Source of the DNA: Trypanosoma brucei
Taxonomy: Eukaryota
Assembly (NCBI GenBank): GCA_000002445.1
Contig: CH464491.1
Location: 1,216,001 to 1,280,000 of the forward strand
Direction: 5' to 3'
Length of the DNA: 64,000 bases
Positions 11,967-23,508 of this stretch are shown here, in pieces; position 1 is the first letter of the stretch; each line of letters begins with the position of its first letter. The position numbers were made by a program, and so were the translations under genes. Below the pieces are notes generated by a model, which saw nothing but the letters and a program-made list of their open reading frames with translations, was not told the DNA's origin and did not search any database.

Positions 11967-12834
11967 CAAATGAAAATTATCCTCCTCACGATATTACCCA
12001 CTGGACCTTTCCTTTTGATGCTACGGTTACCGCCGGTTTGTTTCCTCCTATGCCGAACTACCCAACTCCTTTGACAAAAAAAATAAAAAGAAAGATTTGT
12101 CTTCAGCACGATCACCCCTCCTCAGCGGGCCTCTCCTGGTGGCGGCTGCTTAGACAAATTCGGAGGCAATAAAGTAACATACCTTGAGATGAAGAAAGGG
12201 GGGAGCGTATATGGTGCTTTAGGGGAAGGGGAGAAAATGAACAGGAGAATAGAGAGTCGTTGACAGAGAGAAAAAGTGAGTAACGCTCAAAAAACGAAAG
12301 AATGTGAGAGTGGAAACAAAGGCAAGGGTTTCCACAGAGGCCGGAAACCACAAGGACTTTACTGAAGTAATGCATCGTAGACCCTTGTCACTCCTGATAG
12401 CTTTTGGTTTTTTGTTGTTGTAGTTTTCTTTTTCGTTTATATCACTGAATAAAATAATAAAGTAAACCATTTTAAGAGAGAAATGGTCTCCCTCCCACAG
12501 ATCGACGTCCTCAAAGAGAAAGGTCGGCAGACAAGTAAGAAGAGCAAAATCACAGAGGAATCGAGGGTTCAACAAGGAAAAAGGGAGTATCAATTTCATT
12601 GTTTAAACAACGAAAAATATCAATAAGCTCAGAAGAGGGGCACGTCCAAATGGAACGAGCTGTAATGGAGGACATAGGAAAACGTTTTCTCCAACATGCT
12701 CCACCACCTCAACAATACAAACACAAACATGAAGCTCCCGCCCCCGTACTCCCGAGGTACTCTCTCCTTCACTCATGTGCCACAAACTCCTACAAACTCC
12801 AGTGCTGATGTGGCTGCCGCGACAGTTCACTACA

Positions 12835-13269
12835 TTACTGCAGTTGCGACAGAAGGTAGTCAAGAGCCTTTGTGCGCTCGCCAAAATCCCTTACAGCAAG
12901 GCAGGAACACTTCAACGTCTTCCGTACCGAACCGTCGGCGGCCATTCTGGTGAGTCCTGCCCATTGAGCGAGTTTCTCGCGCTCGTCCATGCTTACGAGG
13001 TCAATGTTGTTTTGTTTGGCGAGAGCAGTAACAAGCTTTTTGTATTCCTCATCCTCGCAATCATCAGCAAGTACACAAAGGTGAGCCGTGCGGCGGTCCA
13101 AGGCCCGTGTCACCTCTGAAAGGCCGCAAATGAGGCCATTCGTCTCACGAGCTTTCATCAACACAATCCGGAGAGCGTCTTCGAGGCTGTCCGGCATTGC
13201 ATCTGCGACGGCATCAATCACCGCTGGCTCTGGAACCTTATCTGCAACCAACGATGTCTCCTCTGCCAT
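12835..13269 (-). CDS. RPS12: 40S ribosomal protein S12 (eS12, L7Ae fold)
   Basis: 144 aa. ALRIVLMKARETNGLICGLSEVTRALDRRTAHLCVLADDCEDEEYKKLVTALAKQNNIDLVSMDEREKLAQWAGL…KCSCLAVRDFGERTKALDYL aligns with eukaryotic RPS12 (…[52 protein letters not shown]…GCSCVVVKDYG) recalled from memory. Real ATG (cat 13267-13269). Confidence 0.9.
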   Translation of the reverse strand: MAEETSLVADKVPEPAVIDAVADAMPDSLEDALRIVLMKARETNGLICGLSEVTRALDRRTAHLCVLADDCEDEEYKKLVTALAKQNNIDLVSMDEREKLAQWAGLTRMAADGSVRKTLKCSCLAVRDFGERTKALDYLLSQLQ

Positions 13270-13689
13270 TATTTCTTAGATGTTTACCGTTGTGGGAAAG
13301 GACGCTAGTCCCACACACGCACATACGAAGATGTAATGGAAGCAAAAAAAAAAAAGTTAAAAAAGAGGAAGAAACGAAAGACGAGTGGTAAGGGCAACCT
13401 GAAACGAAGGCATGGAGCTTAGAACAACAGGACTGATCGTCGCCGGGCTCACCACAAGTAAATGCGGCAGCTCCCAGACCGTCTGTGGGGCTGGCCGGGA
13501 AAAAAAAAAATGCGTTTCCCCCTCTGCTCATTCTTCACTAGTAACGGTTGGAGAAATAGTGCTTGAAATAACAAAACATCAAAAGAATATGCGACACCGT
13601 GCGTGTACAAATGACAACGAACTCCCTCCAGGGGCTCCACACTTCCAACCACGTGTTGCTGCCACAGCATTTGATTCCAGCGGTCAGAA

Positions 13690-14271
13690 CTACTTGTGAC
13701 GGAAGGCGTGACGCCGTTTGCTCGAGCGCTGCCTTTCCTTTCCACGTGACGACACATGCGGTTTCGCGTGGCTTCCAGGAACACCTGCAGCACCAAAGTG
13801 TTTCACTGATTCGCGTCCAGACTTACGGCCACGGAGCAACATCGTGTTTTTCCCCGTCGGTGCCATCATCGCAAGCTGATCGAAGGTTAAGCACTCGCCA
13901 CCAGCACCAGTAATGCGCTCGCGGGCGCTCTTCGAGAAGCGGAGGGCGCAGATACGGAGGGCTGGAATGCGGGTCATGCGAACATCATCGAGCACGTCAC
14001 CAACAATGACGGCAATTGGTGACTTCTTCCCCTTCTTAAGCCACACGGTGCGGCGCCTCATGCAGACAGCAATGCGGCTGAGTGAAATGGGCGCACGGTT
14101 GTTACGGCTCTTCAGCAGACGCTTGTGGATAAGTTTATTGAATGGGGAATTGGTACGCTTCCCAAGGAACTTGTACAGCTTGATGAGGAGCTTTATGTAC
14201 GGGTTCGTCGAGTAGGTGTGGTGGCGCACCACCCGCTTCTTCTTCTGCACTCCGGTGAGGTCTACGCCCAT
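13690..14271 (-). CDS. RPL18: 60S ribosomal protein L18 (eL18)
   Basis: 193 aa. MGVD…LLIKLYKFLGKRTNSPFNKLIHKRLLKSRNNRAPISLSRI…AVIVGDVLDDVRMTRIPALRICALRFSKSARERITGAGGECLTFDQLA matches eL18 (MGVDI…[43 protein letters not shown]…[28 protein letters not shown]). Confidence 0.9.
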   Translation of the reverse strand: MGVDLTGVQKKKRVVRHHTYSTNPYIKLLIKLYKFLGKRTNSPFNKLIHKRLLKSRNNRAPISLSRIAVCMRRRTVWLKKGKKSPIAVIVGDVLDDVRMTRIPALRICALRFSKSARERITGAGGECLTFDQLAMMAPTGKNTMLLRGRKSGRESVKHFGAAGVPGSHAKPHVSSRGKERQRSSKRRHAFRHK

Positions 14272-15045
14272 TGTCTGGTCTGCTTACCCAAAGTGACAAT
14301 TAGGGTGGGGAAGTTCCGAACACGCACACAGGCACTACCATCATTGTACACGTTGTTTAATAAAACAACAGTTTAAGACGAGGAGGTAAAAGAGAATGTT
14401 GGATAATCAGCAAGAGTGTAATGCAAATAACCAGAAAGTAGAAAAAAATCAAGCACAGAAACGTGCACACGCATGTAGAGGTAGCGGGGCAGGTAACATC
14501 TCCCCGCCCTTCACTTACAGCTTCCCTGTCGCTTGCAGAACCTTCAAATCCAACAACCACACCATCCCACATCTCCATATCATCTGCCGTGGCCGTTGTC
14601 CAACCCCGTCTCTCACCGTGAACAACAAAGTGTGAATGTGTGAAAAGAGAAAAAGTTAACGCTGTTACGTAGCCAGTATCCCACAATATCAATAAACCAG
14701 TCATCCTCACTTTCTTTACCCCTCCCCATCAACCGGGGGAAATGTGCACATGTGTGATGATTTTGTCAATAAAATCCGGCCCCCCACACCCATCCCATGC
14801 TCCGAGCAGAACTCGCGTCCGTCAACTAAATATATGCTGTTACACATAACTGACCTTCCCAACTTCTCCCTCTTCGTGTTAGTGGGCAACCTCATTCATC
14901 TTCTAGGAGGAGCATACATAAGCGGTTTCCCCCGCTCCCACTATACCTCGGGCCTCCCCTTCATTCCTTCTTCACTTCCCTTATCCCCACGTAATTAGTT
15001 AGCACCGCATATGGCTTTCCGCTAAACTTCCTCCCTTCGAGGACG

Positions 15046-16473
15046 CTAAGCATCTGGTGGTGCATGCATGAAAGGCTTTTGGTTACCGGCCATAGAGGCA
15101 AATGGCTGACCCAACGCACTGTATGCCCACGCCCACAGTGACGCACGACGCCAGCGATTCCTCTCTTCCATAGACGTAGCAGACGGTGCTTCATTACCTT
15201 CCCCTGTGGGTGACGGATCTGAGGCTACTGGTGAAGGACCATGCGTTCCCGCAAGGCGTGCAATGGTGAATACAAAATTATCCAATGCCGGATCGTCGGT
15301 GCTCCCGCTTGCAGCCACCCATGTGCCAGACTGCAGCTCCCCCTCCAACTGTTGAACTCCCCAACCACTAAAACCACAGATCACAACAATATCTTTTGGG
15401 TCTGCGGTGCCATCCTCAATTTTTTGTTGAAGAGTGTCATAACTCCCATCGATCCATAAAGAGTGGGATAACGGAATGGCATCGTCAACATCAGGAATTC
15501 GGTGAAGTAACAACATAGTAGAGTCGAAGGAGCCACGACTCACAGGCCCACCAATCATCACAGTATGATTGCATAGATGTTTGGCGAAAAGCGGATGGGC
15601 GCTGCTCAGCCTCATGGTCATACTGACAGGCATCAAAGCACCCTTATCGTTCTCCAGTGGCTTATTCAACACCAACGCAGCCGATTCATTCGGTGTGACA
15701 CGCACGACGATCATGACGGTATAACGAAAAAAGTCGTAGAGCTGTGGGTGTGCCAACAGCAACTGCGCTTTCTTTGGAGTGTCAAAGGTAGCCTTCTTGT
15801 TGCTGCTCCTATCGTCACTTTCCTCCTCGCTTATCACACCTTCCTCACTGGAAGTATCCTTCGTTTCTGCCTTTCCCTCTGTATGTACGTCCTCCTCTGA
15901 AGTCCGGCTCACGCCCATATCTTCGTAAGGGACACCCTCCAAAACCTCGGACAGTCCTCTAGTAAGCGACAGGTGATGCATTCCCTCAACGGCACTAACC
16001 ACAGTGAGCTTCGGCGTGGGAACGGACCTCACTTCCTCTGGGGGTGGTGCAACAGAATTGGAGTATTTCACAGCCGTATCAGTCACGTTGGCCAACTCCC
16101 TCAACGCAGCAAAGGCATTGCCAATCTGCGTTGAGGTGAACGGTGTGCTCTCAAAGCTTTGTCGCAGAATGTCCACCATCGATGGTGACTTTGCTTCCAT
16201 TCCAGTGTTGTTCGCATCACCACCACCGTTATTGGCGAGAGGAATGAAGAACTCCCTCCCACCATTCAACCGCCGTACGAGTGCATCGACAAACACACGA
16301 GTTTCATGCCACCCAGAGAGTTTCGCTACATCCATAGGCACCCACTTTCCACAGCGGTGATCATATACACGACGTGGAGAACATGTGAGTGCAGTGCGCA
16401 TCGCTACATCCTTTTCCACCTGCGACGCCTTTTTGTACAACTGCTTGTATACAGTGCGAACAATTTTCTCCAT
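15046..16473 (-). CDS. protein with bacterial-type YqgE/AlgH (UPF0301, DUF179) domain and ~230-aa acidic/Ser-rich N-terminal extension
   Basis: 475 aa with a real ATG (cat 16471-16473). The segment LLLAHPQLYDFFRYTVMIVVRVTPNESAALVLNKPLE…VMIGGPV…VVICGFSGWGVQQLEGELQSGTWV aligns with E. coli YqgE ([39 protein letters not shown]…VMLGGPL…[24 protein letters not shown]), recalled from memory. Confidence 0.7.
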   Translation of the reverse strand: MEKIVRTVYKQLYKKASQVEKDVAMRTALTCSPRRVYDHRCGKWVPMDVAKLSGWHETRVFVDALVRRLNGGREFFIPLANNGGGDANNTGMEAKSPSMVDILRQSFESTPFTSTQIGNAFAALRELANVTDTAVKYSNSVAPPPEEVRSVPTPKLTVVSAVEGMHHLSLTRGLSEVLEGVPYEDMGVSRTSEEDVHTEGKAETKDTSSEEGVISEEESDDRSSNKKATFDTPKKAQLLLAHPQLYDFFRYTVMIVVRVTPNESAALVLNKPLENDKGALMPVSMTMRLSSAHPLFAKHLCNHTVMIGGPVSRGSFDSTMLLLHRIPDVDDAIPLSHSLWIDGSYDTLQQKIEDGTADPKDIVVICGFSGWGVQQLEGELQSGTWVAASGSTDDPALDNFVFTIARLAGTHGPSPVASDPSPTGEGNEAPSATSMEERNRWRRASLWAWAYSALGQPFASMAGNQKPFMHAPPDA

Positions 16474-17102
16474 CCTTTTGCTTGGTCCTTTTCCTCACAC
16501 AACCTCGCCAGTCACCTACACTACTTGAGCAGAGGGAACCTGGCAGTTCTGCACGGTGGGGACATAAACGCCAAGTGGAGCGAAAAGACCACAACAGATG
16601 AGAAGTACGCCGAAGAGAAAAGGTACGCGTGCCACAATAAGTAAAGAGAAGAGCAGAACCGCTGGAAACGCCAGCAGATCACATTTCATAAAAGGAAAAA
16701 ATATGTGATGATGAAAGGGACTACATAAAGTAGCAAAGGTGGAATAAACCGCAGAATCCCGCCCTCCCAATCCCCTTCTTTCGCTCTTGATACCGTAGCA
16801 AAGGCACCCCATCAACAAAAAGAAGCACCAACGGTACGGTGTCCATCCCCGGAGCCCAGAACAGAATGTATTTATTTTGACGCTGTTGATCAGGTCGCAA
16901 GAGGTAAAGGAAAAAAACAAGTAAAAACAAAGTAAAAGAGACCACGCAGGAAGTACACACTAAATTCTGGCGGGCGCACCTCATGCACATACACCTTCAT
17001 AACAACGGACAGCACGTAGACCCTGATTCAAAATGTTGAAAAGCCAATAAAAATCCTGCTGATTTGGGGAATATAACGATCCCTCGTATCTGCACGACGA
17101 AC

Positions 17103-17672
17103 CTAAACCATGCCCTCCGCAGGTTCCTCGGCTTCCTCATCGTTTACAACTACACGTTTAACGACTAAATTCATTGGATTGCCTTTACGCGATTCGCGTA
17201 TGCTCGCGGCATTATCAATGAACCGCTGCTCCTCCCACGCTGACTCCAAAGAGCTCCAAAGCCGCCATGTCACAACAGCCATCATCGGTCCCACCGGAAG
17301 GAACATGCGATTGTGGTAAATGGTGAGGTAGAATCCCATTGCAGTAGATATGGAGGAAACACCGGTTAGACCAAAAATACTCCACTGATACAAGTAAACG
17401 CTCCATGAGGCGCTTGTGTGCTCCTTTAGTAGCCGCGTGGACCCCTCTTTCGAAAGCGGGCCCCCCGCAGCAGCAGGAATCACATGTACATCAGTTCCCA
17501 AAGCGCTTGCTCTGGCGACACGTTGGCGATGATCCCGTTGACTGGTGAAATCCTCAAGAACGGACAACCGTGCCGCTCGCCGCACCTCCTCATACGTCAG
17601 CTTCGGTGCTGCAGGTCGTTTAATGGAAGGCGCAGGCGGAGCGCTGACGCTCATCTGGGAGGGTTGCTCCAT
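17103..17672 (-). CDS. hypothetical membrane protein
   Basis: The ORF-track start at 17702 is TTG. The first ATG (cat 17670-17672) gives MEQPSQMSVSAPP… at 189 aa. Hydrophobic helices WSVYLYQWSIFGLTGVSSISTAMGFYLTIY and LPVGPMMAVVTW. Confidence 0.4.
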   Translation of the reverse strand: MEQPSQMSVSAPPAPSIKRPAAPKLTYEEVRRAARLSVLEDFTSQRDHRQRVARASALGTDVHVIPAAAGGPLSKEGSTRLLKEHTSASWSVYLYQWSIFGLTGVSSISTAMGFYLTIYHNRMFLPVGPMMAVVTWRLWSSLESAWEEQRFIDNAASIRESRKGNPMNLVVKRVVVNDEEAEEPAEGMV

Positions 17673-18406
17673 GGCGTCACTGCGATAAACTTTTCGTATC
17701 AATAGTGGGTAGAGAGCGGGGTGGGTATTAGGTAGGTGATGGAAGGGAACGAGTGACGGTTAACCGAGTTAAAGGGCAACGCGGAAGCAAGCATAGACAG
17801 CCATGTGCTTCATTTTTAAAATATTACACAGAATACATTTCACTTCCACTGATCACAAAAAGAGCGTATGAATTCATACACGTCCGTAACAGCATGTTGT
17901 GCTTCCTCACCAATACCACTAAATCACTCGACAGATTTGTTTGCGGTTGAACCCTCCTCAATCAGTCACCCCCATACATGGATGCGCTTCTTTTTTCTCA
18001 TTCGCTTTGGAATGTGGGTTGCTACACGGAGCGCAGCGGCACCACGGCACCGCGACTCGATCGTGAATTTTCCGTAGGCAACACAGCACACTAGCGCAAA
18101 CCAAACGAAACATGAGTTATGGCTGAACCCCACGCGAGATTCACCTAACAACATACGCTACCGAGGTGCCACACAACCAAAACCCGGTACATACTTGTAC
18201 AAAGAAATAACCACCAGTTGAATGCAAAGGTCTTCGTTATCCACATTGTGGTACCGTACAGTGGTCCACACCATTTATTTTAGAAAAAAGCACAAAACCG
18301 CACCTAATAAACCCAAACTCCTCACTTGTACGGAACGGTGAGTCCTTCCCACTGGGACTAACGGCAGTGCTAACCGTAGCCGTAACGTCCCACTTTCGTG
18401 TAACAT

Positions 18407-21079
18407 CTACGGGTCAAAGGCTTGTGCAGTGAGGCGGCTCCCCTGCAGAAGTATGGCCTGCTTTTGTTCGAGATCCTTCTGCAGTAAGGCGAATTCCGAT
18501 CTGCGTTCCACTACAGTCCCCAATTCCCGCTTAAGGTGCTTCATTAGCTCCTGCACCTCGCCACGACGCCGCTGCAAGAGCTCGAAATCGTGACGCAAGA
18601 TTGATTTTGCCCCTTCCAATTTTGCTATGCACAGCACCGCATCCAGCTGCTGAGACATCGTCTTCTCCTGCTCTGACATAAGTGATAGCAACTCCTCAAA
18701 TAACTTCACCCAACGCCCATCCACTCCCCGCCGCGCCGTTGTGACACGCACACGCTCCTTCTCCACAGCATTATAGACATTGTCCCGTTGGCTGCGCAAT
18801 GCCGCAAGGCGAGTAGCGAGGGTGTGACCCTTGTTAGCAATGTTTCGTAGGACACAGACGTTAGTTGAGGCGACAGGAAGCTGGGTCTGCCCAACCCCCG
18901 CGTGATCAGAACCTATACCGGTAGCGGCAAAGTCACCGATCAATTCTTGAACTGAAAGCTCCTCGAAACCCCACTGAAGCAGTTCCCTTTGTTCATGTTC
19001 CCACGCTGTACGTGTAAGCTCTACGCTGGCTACGCGTGATTCCTGTAAAACGTGGTGCTGCCGCGCGCACTGAACAGCTTCTTGTAGCTTCTCACTGATT
19101 TGCTCGCGGAGCTCGCCACAACGTAACCGCGTGCCGCTCAACTCGTTTTGTCGTCTCTGCGTATCGTCAAGAAGCGACAAAACAACAGCCTCCTTCTCTT
19201 GTATACCCATGCGCAGATCAAGCATATCATCCATTAGTAAGGACATCACACCCTCCGCCTGAGAACGAAGGGTTTTGTTCCATAATTTTTGACCTTCAAG
19301 TTGTTCTCGTATGGAACTCTCCAACTTCCTGACGGATGCAACGACAAAATCGGCCCTGGATGTGCATATATTTTTTATTTCTTCCTTTTTTCTTGAAGTT
19401 TTGCTCTCGGAGTCACGCAGCCGGCCCAGCTGGTCTCTCAACGTGTCCAGCTCCGCGCTATGAAGTTTCTCAAGACAACCCAGCTCCATCCCACAACGGC
19501 TCTGTTGCTCCACATATTGACTCCGCGCAACGCTGTCGTCGCTGGCCCTCACTGCCGCAGCCTTGCGATCGGCACATTCAATAGCTTCTAGCGTTAATTT
19601 TTGAAATCTCCGTGCAGCCTCATTGGCTTTTGTTGAAATGTCGTTCATGCGAGATTCCATTCGCTGTTTGGCAAGTTCACGAAGTTTTTCAGTCGCCTGC
19701 CGAAGTCCATCGCGTACCTCTGTGGTTCTTTTGGACCTCTGCTGGGCGCGGTTGTTGAAAAAATCGAGGTATGTCGACGCCATCTCTCGGAAAAAGGTAT
19801 TCAGCAGTTCCTTTCTCGCGGTCGCGTCCTGCAAATATGACAGCGTGTGATTATGTCGTACCTCACGAGCCACTTCATTGGTTTCTTTATGCAAGTAATC
19901 AACAACACTACCTGCAATTGACGCGAGTCTCTCCTTATTCCACTGCTGAAACAGACGGAGGGCGGCAGATATTTTCACCTCAATGTTGGTACCACCACCC
20001 GCCTCACTTTCGCTGTCATTAGCATAGCTACTAGCAGACATTCTGTCCTCTTCATCAGTAAGGGCAACTAAAATTCCCTCCTCATCGAATCTATGGTTTT
20101 GTAGCAACAGCTCTCGCTGCTGCTGCATACGCTTTATTCTTTCTTGAGTGTTTTCTATACTGGTTGCAAACGATTTCAACTGACCTTGATACACTTCACT
20201 TGTTGCAACAGTTATCTCGTCAGATTGCTGTCTCAGTAAACGTATGGTATTCTCCTCAAGAGATTCAATGCGTTTCCGGTTCTGTTCCTCCAACGTTTGC
20301 CGTTCAGCAACCAAAGAAACCTCACCTGATTCAAGCTGCATTTCCTTCTGGATAATCGCAGTTTCCAGCTCTATTAGTTCAGTGTCTGACTTTATTTGAA
20401 GCAGGTTTATTTTACTCTGAACCTCACGGAGCTCGATTTCAACCGCGTCCAACGACGCCAGAAGATCCCGCTGTTCAGCTCGCCGTCTTGCTTCTTCTTT
20501 GTTTACCTCCACAACTCCCTCTTCCTCCCCCCACTTTGGTGCTTTTCGAGCCTCGGAGGAGGTTGATGTAGTTGGTTTCCGCCTAGACGGTACAGGACCC
20601 TCCAAAAAAGCCAAAGGGTCATCATCGTCGATATACAATGTATCATTGTTTCCAACGCCACTTAGTAGAGACGCACCCCCTTCAGCACGCGTCGCCGCTC
20701 CTGTTGTCGACATTGGGGATGCCTGCCACCTTCCAGCTGTTGGGGCGAGAAATGACAAAGAATCTTCTTCCCTTTTAGTTGCTGACGTTTGTGGCAGGTC
20801 GTCGTCTAATTCCCATGGAAGGGATTCCTTCGTCACCGCTTTCGCACCAGCTGTGGATTGGGACGCCACCTCCGACCCTTGTTGCCGCCGTCCAGCTCTT
20901 CTGCCAACTCGATTCTCCTCTCCAACAAAAGAAGCGCTTGCTGCAGCAGCGGATGTCTCCAGCGTTGGCACAGGTGTGGTGACTGAAGGGTTCGGTTGCT
21001 TTGCTAACGGTTTCGGCATCTGTGCCATCACGGCTTCAAGCGATTTCAGGTCATCCGCGAAGAGATCGTCAAAGTTCAT
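18407..21079 (-). CDS. large coiled-coil protein (hypothetical)
   Basis: 941-aa ORF in the track. Its first 51 residues are encoded by the upstream pyrimidine-rich tract. The probable true start is MNFDDLFADDLKSLE (cat 21077-21079), giving about 890 aa. Long heptad-repeat regions throughout. Confidence 0.65.
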   Translation of the reverse strand: MNFDDLFADDLKSLEAVMAQMPKPLAKQPNPSVTTPVPTLETSAAAASASFVGEENRVGRRAGRRQQGSEVASQSTAGAKAVTKESLPWELDDDLPQTSATKREEDSLSFLAPTAGRWQASPMSTTGAATRAEGGASLLSGVGNNDTLYIDDDDPLAFLEGPVPSRRKPTTSTSSEARKAPKWGEEEGVVEVNKEEARRRAEQRDLLASLDAVEIELREVQSKINLLQIKSDTELIELETAIIQKEMQLESGEVSLVAERQTLEEQNRKRIESLEENTIRLLRQQSDEITVATSEVYQGQLKSFATSIENTQERIKRMQQQRELLLQNHRFDEEGILVALTDEEDRMSASSYANDSESEAGGGTNIEVKISAALRLFQQWNKERLASIAGSVVDYLHKETNEVAREVRHNHTLSYLQDATARKELLNTFFREMASTYLDFFNNRAQQRSKRTTEVRDGLRQATEKLRELAKQRMESRMNDISTKANEAARRFQKLTLEAIECADRKAAAVRASDDSVARSQYVEQQSRCGMELGCLEKLHSAELDTLRDQLGRLRDSESKTSRKKEEIKNICTSRADFVVASVRKLESSIREQLEGQKLWNKTLRSQAEGVMSLLMDDMLDLRMGIQEKEAVVLSLLDDTQRRQNELSGTRLRCGELREQISEKLQEAVQCARQHHVLQESRVASVELTRTAWEHEQRELLQWGFEELSVQELIGDFAATGIGSDHAGVGQTQLPVASTNVCVLRNIANKGHTLATRLAALRSQRDNVYNAVEKERVRVTTARRGVDGRWVKLFEELLSLMSEQEKTMSQQLDAVLCIAKLEGAKSILRHDFELLQRRRGEVQELMKHLKRELGTVVERRSEFALLQKDLEQKQAILLQGSRLTAQAFDP

Positions 21080-21807
21080 CGTCAGTCCCACCAAACCGCG
21101 GACCTCTAGACAAACAGCTATGTGAAGAAATAAAAGAGAGGAGGAGAGATTCTTTAAAAATAGAAGACACCTGGAGGTGAACATGCAACCGTGTTGCGGA
21201 AGTAAAACTTCTAGGAAAGCATAGCACAACAAAAGTACACCGTGACGCCCCCAATATAACGTCGCAAGCCCTCATACCGTGAAAAAGAACGAACCTCCTC
21301 GTCCGTCCTCCCCCGAGACTGTCCATTACACGCCCACTAATGGAGGTGAGGACACCGATATCTACATACTCACATATTCAACATTTCATATTGTTTGTAC
21401 GTATGCAACACATTTCCTTTCATTCAAGTCATTCAGTGTAAATCCACACACACAGACAGTGTGGGATGCCCTTCAGCAAGATACTGGAAGAAGATCAGAT
21501 GATTAAAATGCCATGAGTGATTGTTTGAACATAAGTCGGCAGCAAAAATAAAGCATGACGCAGAAAACAACAAAAAACAGAATAAGGGGAATAAAATAGT
21601 GAGTGTCTCGAAAGGCAGTGTACAAAGCAGTTTGGGAAAAAATGTCACATCAAACACTTCAGCACACTACCGTAAGCGTGAACAGAGTGAGGGAACATCA
21701 TCTAAATATAACGGCAGTAAGGCGTTCATAGCATGCAAAGGTGCGACCACGCAGCGACAATACTTTATAAACTCACTCACGTGGGTGTCTCCTGGGAGAT
21801 GGAAGCG

Positions 21808-23508
21808 TCAGTTAGCTGTGACTGGCTCCGGTTCATCGACGTTTTCACCACCGGTCTTAGACAAAGGCTGATAACATGTCTGATTGATAAAGAAGAGCAA
21901 CGCTTTTATTATCTTTTCCTTATCATCCCACGACAGGTCGTTCAAATACACCCCCTTACCGTCTTCGCCGAGGTTTATGTGTAATCTGCTATCCACGTTC
22001 TCTACAGTACCTCTAACGGGTGCGTCCTGCGTTGGCTTGATACCATTACTATGGGCACGCCGCAGAGGCGCAGGTCTTTCCTGTCGGGCCTGCTTCCCAG
22101 CGGCTGAAGTAGCGGATGCGCAAACCTCCTGAACAGGAGGTGGGGGTGCAGGAACGCACGGACTATGTGGCTGCAATCTAGTCTCTCCTGTGGATGCAGA
22201 CAAAACCGCTGAGTTCCGTGAACTTAGGTTTGGCTCCGCTTGCTGTGCCTTTTGAGGTGGGGACAGTTGCGGAAGTTTAGAGCTAAAACTAGCGCACTGT
22301 TTCAGCGTCGAGTTAGAATGCAGCGACATACTTGGCGACGTGTGGCTTGTTGAATGTGGCGTGTTCCCCCTATTTTTCGAAGACTTTGTACGCATCTTGC
22401 GCACATCATTTAACGCAACATAGAAAAATTTTTCCAAGTCAGACCTCTGTTCTACAATTTTTGACGCAGCATACCTCATCCGCTGCAGCTCGGTTCGGTG
22501 GCATCGCAGCGAGCTCTGTGTCTCCGCAAGTGCCTTTTCCAGCGCCTGAATTTTCCCCTCATACTGGCGGGAAAGCTCTTCACGAAGCGATTTCTTCTCC
22601 TGCAAAAGCTCCTTCACGTGCTGTTCCAACCGCTGTGTCTTCATTTGCATTTCACATGAACGTTTGTTGCTATTAGCAATGCGCCGAAGAGCCTCCTCAC
22701 ATGCGTGCTGATGCAAGTCCCCTTTTCTCCGCTCGTCCACAAACTCTGCAGCTTTCATCGTTGTCAACTGCATCAACTCGTCAATATCCTTGACGAGACG
22801 GGTGCGCTCCTCCTGCAGTTCCCTGTAGTTCTTCAAAAGTTCATGAGATTTCTTCTCCAACAGCAGCGAAGATTCATGTTCCACACGCGCCTGATGGGAC
22901 TCACGCATCGTCTCCTCAAGTGCAAGTAGTCGCATTTTTCGGTCGACTGTCTGAAACCGGAGAGCTGAAAGTTCGCTTTCGTGCCGAGCGGTCATTTCTT
23001 CTATTTGGTCACGCAGCCGCTGTACCTCCAAGCGGCTCTCTTCGCGAAGGTGTATGCTCCGTGCACAGGCCCGCATCTCAGTCTGTAATCGCTGCGTTAG
23101 TGCTGCATACTGAGCAACCTGTTCGTCGCGCTCACCCAACATCTGAGTATATTGCCTCCGAACAGCCTCCGTAGCTTCATTACCCTCGTGTTGGAGTCGG
23201 TTTATTTCATTCTGTTGCTCCATCACAGTATTCCGTGCCTCTTCCAACTTTTCCTTGAGGTGCTCCACCACCTTGATAGACTCCTCTTCCTGCCTCTGCA
23301 ATTCCAACCGTAGCTGCTCATTCTCTCGGGCCATAACCTCACAGCTGCGGGCGTAATCATTCATTGCCGCCTTAGCAACACGCAGATCAACGTTGGCAAA
23401 AGTGGAGATAACAGTATCGCCGCTTGGAACTGCATTGGTGCGCTGCGGAGCCTCCGGCGTGGAGAGTCGATTCCGCCGCCCCGAACCCGGGGATACTCTA
23501 GACTGCAT
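21808..23508 (-). CDS. coiled-coil protein (hypothetical) with conserved-looking C-terminal 'DLSWDDKEKIIKALLFFIN' motif
   Basis: The track start at 23529 is GTG. The first ATG (cat 23506-23508) gives MQSRVSPGSGRR…. Extensive coiled-coil in the middle. Confidence 0.6.
   Translation of the reverse strand: MQSRVSPGSGRRNRLSTPEAPQRTNAVPSGDTVISTFANVDLRVAKAAMNDYARSCEVMARENEQLRLELQRQEEESIKVVEHLKEKLEEARNTVMEQQNEINRLQHEGNEATEAVRRQYTQMLGERDEQVAQYAALTQRLQTEMRACARSIHLREESRLEVQRLRDQIEEMTARHESELSALRFQTVDRKMRLLALEETMRESHQARVEHESSLLLEKKSHELLKNYRELQEERTRLVKDIDELMQLTTMKAAEFVDERRKGDLHQHACEEALRRIANSNKRSCEMQMKTQRLEQHVKELLQEKKSLREELSRQYEGKIQALEKALAETQSSLRCHRTELQRMRYAASKIVEQRSDLEKFFYVALNDVRKMRTKSSKNRGNTPHSTSHTSPSMSLHSNSTLKQCASFSSKLPQLSPPQKAQQAEPNLSSRNSAVLSASTGETRLQPHSPCVPAPPPPVQEVCASATSAAGKQARQERPAPLRRAHSNGIKPTQDAPVRGTVENVDSRLHINLGEDGKGVYLNDLSWDDKEKIIKALLFFINQTCYQPLSKTGGENVDEPEPVTAN

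Noticed and set aside
20499-21125. 208-aa + strand ORF inside the large coiled-coil gene
   Set aside because: Lies antisense within an uninterrupted 2.7 kb minus-strand ORF. Ser/Ala/Pro-rich low-complexity translation typical of antisense frames of GC-biased codons.
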